Source: a virus (lineage: Duplodnaviria > Heunggongvirae > Uroviricota > Caudoviricetes). Taken from it: 64,000 nucleotides of DNA. The stretch spans positions 1 through 64,000 of the IMG/VR virus record IMGVR_UViG_3300028379_000400; one strand, given 5' to 3'. The notes under the pieces were generated by a model. It was not told the origin of the DNA. It saw only the letters and a list, made by a program, of their open reading frames with translations, and searched no databases. How positions within the stretch are numbered: position 1 is the first letter of the stretch; the number at the start of each line of letters is the position of its first letter. Below are positions 57,840-64,000 of the stretch, piece by piece. A program made the translations under genes and the position numbers.

Positions 57840-58013
57840 TCAATAGCCAAGCCACGCCAGCACGGCGCTGGCGCGGTACGTGGCACGGTCGCCGCACTCG
57901 GCAAGAAACAGGGCGATTGATTCGGCGTCGTCAACGCCATGGCGTGCAAGCTCTTGCAGGGCGCGGGCTTTGGTGATCGTCACGCCACTTGCGGACTCGG
58001 AATAGGTGCACAT
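57840..58013 (-). CDS. small hypothetical protein (57 aa)
   Basis: MCTYSESASGV... preceded by leader GGAGTCCCGTGAATG; read manually. Confidence 0.25.
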   Translation of the reverse strand: MCTYSESASGVTITKARALQELARHGVDDAESIALFLAECGDRATYRASAVLAWLGY

Positions 58014-58078
58014 TCACGGGACTCCAATCGGTCGCGCACAATCGCGCATTGCGCACATGCTCATAGTTCGCCGCATTT

Positions 58079-58097
58079 GGCAAGCGCTTGTGCAAAG
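58079..58097. promoter_or_regulatory. 19-bp palindromic operator TGTGCAAAGATATTGCACA
   Basis: perfect 7-bp arms at head of leftward operon. Confidence 0.5.
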
Positions 58098-58099
58098 AT

Positions 58100-58620
58100 A
58101 TTGCACATTCCACGGACGCCAAAGGGAACGCGCGCGCATGTGAGGGCAGCACACTGGCCAGCCCTGCCACGTGGCTAGGTCGGACGCCATGCCTACGCCA
58201 CGCCAGCGCTGGCCAGCGTCATGCCGCACCGATAGCTGGCAACACGTCGCGCCTCGCTTCGCATGTCATGCCAGCGTGTCCAATTGATACCTGGCTACGG
58301 TTCACGCTCGCCGCTTGCCTCGCCGAGTCGCGCCGCTTGCCGCCTCGCCCATGACTGGCCAGCGCTGGCCGCGCCTCGCCCCTCCGGCCTCGCCGATCAT
58401 GCCGCGCGCCCGTCACTGACAGGATGTCACGATTTGACCCGGCGAGGCATGGCCACGCGTTCGGAGTGCCGTGCCCGCCTCGCCGTCGTCAACCCAAGCC
58501 GCGCGCAGCGTCCGAGACCCCTAGGGGGGTCTAAATCTCTAGGCGCCGGCGGAAGGCCCTGACCGCGGGGGCCCCAAGCCCGAAAAAAATTTGGTATGCA
58601 CAGTTTTTGATCCAGCCAAA
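58100..58620. repeat. GC-rich non-coding region with short direct repeats (GCCTCGCC, TCATGCC) and GCCAGCGCTGGC palindromes
   Basis: no credible ORF; multiple repeat copies seen by eye. Confidence 0.4.
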
Positions 58621-58659
58621 AAAATCCCAGTCGACCGCCGGCGCGTGGCGATCGCTGGG
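58617..58659 (-). terminator. Rho-independent terminator of XRE gene
   Basis: minus-sense CCCAGCGATCGCC...GGCGGTCGACTGGG hairpin followed by TTTTTTT. Confidence 0.4.
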
Positions 58660-58698
58660 CTGCAGCTCAGCGGTGTTTTGGCTTGCTCGAGGCCGCTC

Positions 58699-58890
58699 TT
58701 ACGGCGTCAAGGCGCCGGCGAGATCCTTCATCCGGAGAGCCAGGCGCAAATAGGCGGCAAGCGGCCCGGGAATGCGATCGTCCACGATCCAGCGGCTCAT
58801 TGTGGTGCGGTGCGTGGCCGTCCGTCGAGACAATTCGTTCTGGGACCAGCCGAGATCTTGAAGCGCCTGTTTGAGCTCTCGCGAGTTCAT
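58699..58890 (-). CDS. XRE-family HTH regulator (63 aa)
   Basis: LKQALQDLGWSQNELSRRTATHRTTMSRW; GGGAAGG RBS; promoter region carries TGTGCAAT repeats. Confidence 0.6.
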   Translation of the reverse strand: MNSRELKQALQDLGWSQNELSRRTATHRTTMSRWIVDDRIPGPLAAYLRLALRMKDLAGALTP

Positions 58891-59004
58891 GTCGACCTTC
58901 CCGTGAATGTGTCTGGTCCTCCTAGCGGTCAGTATCCCGATATGCGGGAAATAGACCCTTCCGACGGCCGGGTGAAGACCGATGTGCAATTTCGGCGACG
59001 AAAA

Positions 59005-59046
59005 TGTGCAATAAAAGTTGACACTGCTGAAATCCTGTCGTATGAA
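59005..59046 (+). promoter_or_regulatory. sigma70-like promoter TTGACA-17-TATGAA overlapping degenerate TGTGCAAT operator
   Basis: -35 at 59018-59023, -10 at 59041-59046; TGTGCAAT at 58983 and 59005. Confidence 0.5.
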
Positions 59047-59149
59047 CGGGGCCTGCAGTGACGGCCTGGCAGGCGCACCGAGCACAAACGGGAAAGCCTG
59101 CTGAAGTTCTCGAGCTCTCTCACTCAAAAGCTCGATGGTGGAGGGCTAA

Positions 59150-59600
59150 GTCGCCCCCTTCGAAGATGGGCGTAATTCGGTTCGAGTAGATAGCGGATAG
59201 CACCCGGGGGCAGTACCCGGCGCTTCCACCATGGTCGCATCTGTCGCCGGCGTCGAGCTGGCTTCGCCGCCCTTCACTGGGGCGGTCATTGCGAGGGCAG
59301 TGAAGCCTCGCCGGGATGCGCCTTTGATGGGAGCGAAACAGGATCGACTACCGCGGGAAGCAAGAAACGCGCTTCGGCATGGCACCGCCGAGATCGGGCC
59401 GACGAGTAACTGCGAACGATAATGTCCGCACTGGTGAGATGGCCCTCGCGGCCTAATCACCTGGGGCCCGCCGGCGCCTCGCAACAGAAGCCGGCAGCGC
59501 GGGGATTGCCCAAGTCGAGTTCCGCGTAAAGGCACAGTTGGGTTGCGACCGCGGTAAGCGCGGCGAGCTGGTGGAAGGCCGGCAATGATTTTCTGGTTGT
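59150..59600 (+). ncRNA. ssrA: circularly permuted (two-piece) tmRNA gene, ends approximate
   Basis: acceptor 3' strand CGCTTCC-A-CCA at 59221-59231; downstream 5' strand GGGAGCG (59329-59335) pairs 7/7 incl. G3-U; followed by AAACAGGATCGACTACCGCGGG; tag ORF GCG AAC GAT AAT...TAA at 59412-59456 = ANDNVRTGEMALAA. Confidence 0.55.
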
Positions 59601-59940
59601 CGAGCGGGCTGGCCTCCGTCTCTGCGAACCTGGGGCTAACGCGTCCAAGGGCGTGACGGGCGGAGAGAGTGCCGCAACAGAATTCGCCCTGACGGGCACA
59701 ACGGTTTGGGTGCGAGCTCGAGCGGTGAAGTGAAGGGGTCCTCGCGTGGGGCACGGTCCATGGATGCGTGCGGCGACGAGTAGCCGGTCTTCCGCGCTCC
59801 GAGGTCGGAGCAAATGACAGCTCCACCCAATTCAATCCGCCGCGGCGCTTACGAGCGTCCGGCAAACCAATAGGCGAGGGCAGGAGGCCACTCCTCCCGC
59901 GACACCCGGCAGGTGCTTCTGCCGACCGTCGCGGTTGTCT

Positions 59941-59966
59941 CGCCTGCTGGGGAGGCGGTTTTTGGG
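59941..59966 (+). terminator. possible Rho-independent terminator
   Basis: CGCCT-GCTGGGG-AGGCG followed by GTTTTTGGG. Confidence 0.3.
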
Positions 59967-60043
59967 AGCCGCGGCTTGGTGCTCGTCCGCCAACGCCGCC
60001 GGCGGGGACCGCCTCCCTCATCCACCAATCGAACGGAGGCAAC

Positions 60044-60601
60044 TTGGAAGACGCTATCGAATTCGAGCCTTTCCAGAAGATCGCTCGCCTGAAACGCGCG
60101 TGCATCATTACCGAGAAGATCGACGGCACCAATGCCTGCGTCTTCATTGGCGACGATGGCGAGTTCCGCGTTGGCAGTCGGACTCGCTGGATCACGCCTG
60201 AAGACGACAACCACGGGTTTGCTCGCTGGGCTTTCGCTCACCGCGACGAGCTGATGGAGCTTGGCCCTGGCCGTCACTTTGGCGAATGGTGGGGCCTCGG
60301 CATCCAGCGCAGCTATGGTCTGAAGGAAAAGCGCTTCTCCTTGTTCAACGTCGGGCGCTGGAATGCCGAGACTCCGCCGCCGGCGTGCTGCGGCACTGTC
60401 CCGGTTCTTTTCGAAGGCCCGTTCGATACCGGTGCCGTCGACGGCGTGCTCGCGTTCCTTCGTCGGAACGGCTCCAGCGCGGCGCCTGGCTTCTCCAAGC
60501 CCGAAGGCATCATCGTCTATCTGCCGGCCGCTCGGGACTATTTCAAAGTCACCCTCGAGGGCGACGAGGCGCCGAAGAGCCTTTCGGCCAAGGCAGCATA
60601 A
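60044..60601 (+). CDS. Rnl2-like RNA ligase / nucleotidyltransferase
   Basis: motif I EKIDGTN, motif III FGEWWG, motif IV EGIIVY, motif V FKVT; TTG start with ACGGAGG RBS. Confidence 0.55.
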   Translation: MEDAIEFEPFQKIARLKRACIITEKIDGTNACVFIGDDGEFRVGSRTRWITPEDDNHGFARWAFAHRDELMELGPGRHFGEWWGLGIQRSYGLKEKRFSLFNVGRWNAETPPPACCGTVPVLFEGPFDTGAVDGVLAFLRRNGSSAAPGFSKPEGIIVYLPAARDYFKVTLEGDEAPKSLSAKAA

Positions 60602-61042
60602 CGAGTTTCATCGGCCGGCCAGAAACGTCTCGAGTCCTGGCGTCTCGGCCGTGAAGTGAGGCGGCATGCATTCTAGGGTCCGCACCTGCAGGGACGGATC
60701 GGCCTTCAGGTAACTGCTGGCTGGTGTGCCGCCTCCATAGTTTCCCGCCGCTCCGCCACATGGCTAGCGGCGGGGAGTCGACGGCGGCGTTGAAGGCAGG
60801 CCTGCAGGCCAAGAGAAACGCAGCGAACATAGATGGAGCGATCTGGCCGCAAGCCTTCGGACCGCAGAGGTCAATGGGGCGGTTCATCGTTCACGACAGA
60901 AACCTCCCGGGCCGGCAGGAAACGCGGGGCAGGAAGGTGAGGCGGATCCGCTGCCGCGGGCGAGCCGAGCCCTTGAACATAATCCACCAGATCTTGCCCG
61001 GGTCGCGCCGGGCCCGTCGAAAACTAGCAAAGGGAAAACAAG

Positions 61043-61498
61043 GTGAACACGAATCTCGTCGCCGCAATTGATGATCTTGTCGAGAAAAAGACGTTCTCGC
61101 TAGACGCACTAAAAGCGATCCAGGATCTGCGCGCTAAGGCCGAGAAGTCCTTAGAAACCGAAGCCCAGAACGCAGCCAAGATAACATCTCAGGCGGACAA
61201 TCTTTCGAAGCTCAGTGCTGAAATTAACGCATGGCAGTCGAAGGACGCCGCGTTGAAGGCCCGCGAGGATGCGGTCGCTAAACGCGAAGCGGCGATCACC
61301 AGGCTCGAGCTCGAGACGGCGGTCGCCAACGCCGGCATGAATGTTATGCGCGAAACGGTTTCGATGTTCCTCCGCAACAGGGTCGTGCGCGAGGACATCG
61401 TATCCAGCACTCCGGTAGGGGTTCCGGGCGGAGGGGGCGGTCCTGGCTACATCCAGAACGCTCCAAAGACCGAGAACATCACGCGCGAAGAGCAGTAG
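61043..61498 (+). CDS. coiled-coil hypothetical protein (151 aa)
   Basis: GTG start; heptad-rich; Gly-rich tail. Confidence 0.4.
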   Translation: MNTNLVAAIDDLVEKKTFSLDALKAIQDLRAKAEKSLETEAQNAAKITSQADNLSKLSAEINAWQSKDAALKAREDAVAKREAAITRLELETAVANAGMNVMRETVSMFLRNRVVREDIVSSTPVGVPGGGGGPGYIQNAPKTENITREEQ

Positions 61499-61500
61499 CC

Positions 61501-61770
61501 ATGAAGCTCCGCGACGTCAAACCTGGCATGACGGTCTACCCCGACGCCGATTTCACCTGCGTCGATGCCGATACGCCGTCGGTCGTCAAGCGCGAGTCCT
61601 TCATCAAGCGGCTGTGGCAATGGCTGCGCACCGGCGACATGCCGCATGGGTTGTACATCGACTGCGATTGCGGTGAGCACGGCCTCGACGGCCAGGAGCG
61701 CGAGGACGGCACGCTGTCCGGCATCGCAGCGCTGCCGTGGGTCGGCATCAATGGGCGCCAGAATCCATGA
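61501..61770 (+). CDS. hypothetical protein (89 aa)
   Basis: ORF. Confidence 0.4.
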   Translation: MKLRDVKPGMTVYPDADFTCVDADTPSVVKRESFIKRLWQWLRTGDMPHGLYIDCDCGEHGLDGQEREDGTLSGIAALPWVGINGRQNP

Positions 61771-62066
61771 ATTTGCTCACAGAGGCCGTGGCCCGCACCA
61801 AATGGTGCCCGTTGGGTGCCGAGCGATCAGCCGGCAGACTAAATCCGGCTGCGAACCGAGCTCGCGACGGGGGCGAGCGAGTCTTGCTAACGAATTGCGT
61901 CGCCAGCGATTGCATGATGTGGCGGGCTGTCCCAGATGATTGCCCGGATTGCAAGGGCACGGGCAGGCACGTCAGTCAGGGATATCCGCTAGTCTGCAGC
62001 ACATGCCAAGGCAGCGGCAGGGCGGCATCCTACACGGGCTACTGCGGCCTGGCTGGTCGGCCATGA
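61767..62066 (+). CDS. small protein with two DnaJ-type CxxCxGxG zinc-finger motifs
   Basis: CPDCKGTG and CSTCQGSG; ATGA coupling. Confidence 0.4.
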   Translation: MNLLTEAVARTKWCPLGAERSAGRLNPAANRARDGGERVLLTNCVASDCMMWRAVPDDCPDCKGTGRHVSQGYPLVCSTCQGSGRAASYTGYCGLAGRP

Positions 62067-62275
62067 CTTACGCTGAACGCCGCGCTGCAGCGATCGCCCT
62101 CGCCGCTGCATACAATGGCTGGGCCCGCCCGCCGACTCCAGAAGGCAAGCCTCCGGCCCGCCGGATGGTCATCTATGGCCGGCGCCGCTGGGCCTTCGTT
62201 CCAAACACAGCGGCGCTCGACGCCGAGCAGGCCGCGCGCGAGCGCCGCCAAGACCGCATCGCTTTCAAGAAATAG
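62063..62275 (+). CDS. small hypothetical protein (70 aa)
   Basis: ATGA coupling. Confidence 0.3.
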   Translation: MTYAERRAAAIALAAAYNGWARPPTPEGKPPARRMVIYGRRRWAFVPNTAALDAEQAARERRQDRIAFKK

Positions 62276-62285
62276 GAGGTTTGAC

Positions 62286-63899
62286 TTGCAGGCTTCGACC
62301 GCGACTAGCGCTCAACGTCACGACGAATACTACTTCGACCATTTCGCGGACAACTGCCGCGCATATTTCGCCAAGGTGATTGCCGAATACGGGCCACACC
62401 TCTTCACCGTCGACGTCGGCGATCACGACCTCTACGCCTCCTATCTCGACAGCCTGCCGTCGCAGGATCGTCAGCACCACACCTGCCATTGCTGCAAGCA
62501 GTTTATCGAGCGCTACGGCAATCTTGCAGCGATCGCGCCAGACGGCCGGCTGATCCCTGCGATCTGGGATGTGGTCGGCGCGGATGATCTTTATGCCGAC
62601 GCAGTTTCGGCGATGTACCGCGCTGTCGCGGCGGGCAAGGTCACCGGCGTCTTTCTGGCGAGCAGCCCGGTTTGGGGAACACCGGTCACCGGCACATGGA
62701 CGCACTTCTCGATCGACGTCCCTGTCGAGCTCCGCTATCGCCGCGGCACGCTGACGGCCGGCCAGGCGATGGCGGCGAAGCGTGAAGATTACGGCACGCT
62801 GCAGCGCGGACTCGCCGAATACAACCGAAACGCCGTGGCGCAGGCGCTGACGCTCCTCGAGTCCGAAGCGCTCTATCGCAGCGAGAAGGTCGTCGGGCCC
62901 GCGCGCTTCCTCCTCGAGCTGCACGATGCCCGCGCCAAGGCGCACGGCCGTCAGCGCGAGAACGTCACGTGGCTTGCCGTGGCAAAGGCGCCGGCTGGCT
63001 TCTGCACGCCGCGCAGCTCAATGGTCGGTACGCTGCTGGACGACATCGTGGCGGGCAAAAGCTTCGCCGACGTCAAGCGCAGCTTCGCCGACAAGATGCA
63101 GCCCGAGCGCTACCAGCGTCCGACGGCGGCGCCCAGCTCCGGTAACATCGCGCAAGCCGAGAAGCTCGTCGAGCAGATGGGGATCAAGGCGTCGCTGCGC
63201 AGGCGCTACGCGCGGCTCGAGGACCTCAGGACGATCTGGACGCCGCAGCCGTTGCCGTTCGCACCTGCGCCCTCCGGCGGCGTCTTCACGCATCTGCAGC
63301 CGAGCGGCCGCGCGCCGACGGCGCCTCCAATGCGGACGGCCGCAATCCCGATCACGTGGTCGAAGTTCGCACGCACGGTGATCCCCAATGCCCTGAAGAT
63401 CGAGGTCTATGCGGCTCACCAGGCCCTGCAGCTCGTCGGGCTGGTCACGGCGACCGATCCCGCCGCGCCGCCGATCTTGCAGTGGGATCGAGACGAAGAC
63501 CGAAACCCCGTCTCCTGGTACGTCTACAACCACGGGTCATCACCCGAGGAATGGTCGTTGCGTTCCGGGTCGTGGGTGCCGGTGACCGCGATCACATTGC
63601 AGCCGTCGATGTGGGCTGGCGAAGAAGCTTTCCCCCATCACGGCAAGAGCGCCATTCTGGTGCTCGAAGGCGCCAAGGATAAGCGCAGCCCCAACCTTGC
63701 GCTATTCCCCGAGATCCTTCGTACCGAACTACATGCCATCCGCTCCACGATCGAGGCGTTCTCGAAGGCCGGCGAGATCGAAGGAGCCGCTGAGGCATCG
63801 GCCAATGGGCTGCGCGTCGGTGGCGATGGAGCTTCGCCTGCCATCCGCGTCACTACGTCGATTGGAGCGGCTACTTACTCGATCGACCGGTGGGAGTAG
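62286..63899 (+). CDS. large hypothetical protein (537 aa)
   Basis: TTG start after AGGAGG RBS; HTCHCCKQF Cys cluster; no recognisable family. Confidence 0.45.
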   Translation: MQASTATSAQRHDEYYFDHFADNCRAYFAKVIAEYGPHLFTVDVGDHDLYASYLDSLPSQDRQHHTCHCCKQFIERYGNLAAIAPDGRLIPAIWDVVGADDLYADAVSAMYRAVAAGKVTGVFLASSPVWGTPVTGTWTHFSIDVPVELRYRRGTLTAGQAMAAKREDYGTLQRGLAEYNRNAVAQALTLLESEALYRSEKVVGPARFLLELHDARAKAHGRQRENVTWLAVAKAPAGFCTPRSSMVGTLLDDIVAGKSFADVKRSFADKMQPERYQRPTAAPSSGNIAQAEKLVEQMGIKASLRRRYARLEDLRTIWTPQPLPFAPAPSGGVFTHLQPSGRAPTAPPMRTAAIPITWSKFARTVIPNALKIEVYAAHQALQLVGLVTATDPAAPPILQWDRDEDRNPVSWYVYNHGSSPEEWSLRSGSWVPVTAITLQPSMWAGEEAFPHHGKSAILVLEGAKDKRSPNLALFPEILRTELHAIRSTIEAFSKAGEIEGAAEASANGLRVGGDGASPAIRVTTSIGAATYSIDRWE

Positions 63900-63901
63900 C
63901 C

Positions 63902-64000
63902 AATGGACGCCGCTCCCGCCAACGACAATCCAAAAGACTCGAGGCAATTCGAGTTCTTCGGTGCCGACTTCGGCACCGGCCAATACTCGGCTATCGCCGA
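63902..64000 (+). CDS. partial ORF (5' end only)
   Basis: MDAAPANDNPKDSRQFEFFGADFGTGQYSAIA... runs off window. Confidence 0.25.

Noticed and set aside
58190-58560. Possible CRISPR array suggested by GCCTCGCC repeats
   Set aside because: The repeats are 8-12 bp, irregularly spaced and lack uniform spacers, and no cas genes are present. This is a repeat-rich non-coding region, not CRISPR.
59146-60210. 354-aa minus-strand ORF (Arg/Pro/Ala-rich)
   Set aside because: Runs antisense across the tmRNA gene and GC-rich non-coding DNA. The composition is a typical high-GC frame artefact with no RBS or domain signature.

Overview
High-GC (about 63-65%) alphaproteobacterial-type DNA. Almost the whole window is a temperate-phage-like mobile element with no capsid, tail, terminase or integrase genes in 64 kb, so it is either a large phage, a phage-plasmid, or only the early half of one.

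Layout:
- Immunity region at about 19.9-21.1 kb: a CI-like HTH/S24 repressor plus a downstream exported protein.
- Leftward early operon (19.4 kb to 1): SbcC-like ATPase / PD-(D/E)XK exonuclease / RecT-like recombination trio, two DnaQ-like exonucleases, a DnaN clamp, an ACP, a ThyX-like enzyme, an ASCH protein, a lambda-type phosphatase, a PIF1-like helicase, an SPFH operon, a J-domain protein, Gp37/Gp68, GNAT, PRTase-like, ATP-grasp-like, DUF4326 and DUF1364 proteins.
- Rightward early operon (21.1 to 39.1 kb): T5orf172 protein, HslV-like Ntn hydrolase, Dam-like and MT-A70 N6-adenine MTases, HU, RuvC-like resolvase, a GcrA homologue, a 779-aa C5-cytosine MTase with about 10 tandem repeat units, SNF2 helicase, Toprim primase, DnaB, a standalone NrdJ C-terminal (TSCPD/zinc-ribbon) homologue and a DUF1643 protein.
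- A second leftward block (58.9 down to 39.1 kb) of mostly small, often very acidic hypothetical proteins. It also holds a second DnaN, a DUF4942 orphan MTase, a MoxR ATPase + VWA/metallopeptidase pair and a LuxR-type HTH.

The most striking signals:
- In that second block, about 19 cistrons start with the same roughly 35-nt translation-initiation element: a 4-bp covarying GC stem with a GAUUGU-like hexaloop 5-9 nt upstream of an invariant GGAGUCCC Shine-Dalgarno, then ATG.
- Each leftward operon is headed by a 19-bp palindrome TGTGCAA-N5-TTGCACA.
- The right flank carries a sigma70-like promoter overlapping that operator, a circularly permuted two-piece tmRNA gene (tag reading frame ANDNVRTGEMALAA), an Rnl2-like RNA ligase and further hypothetical genes.
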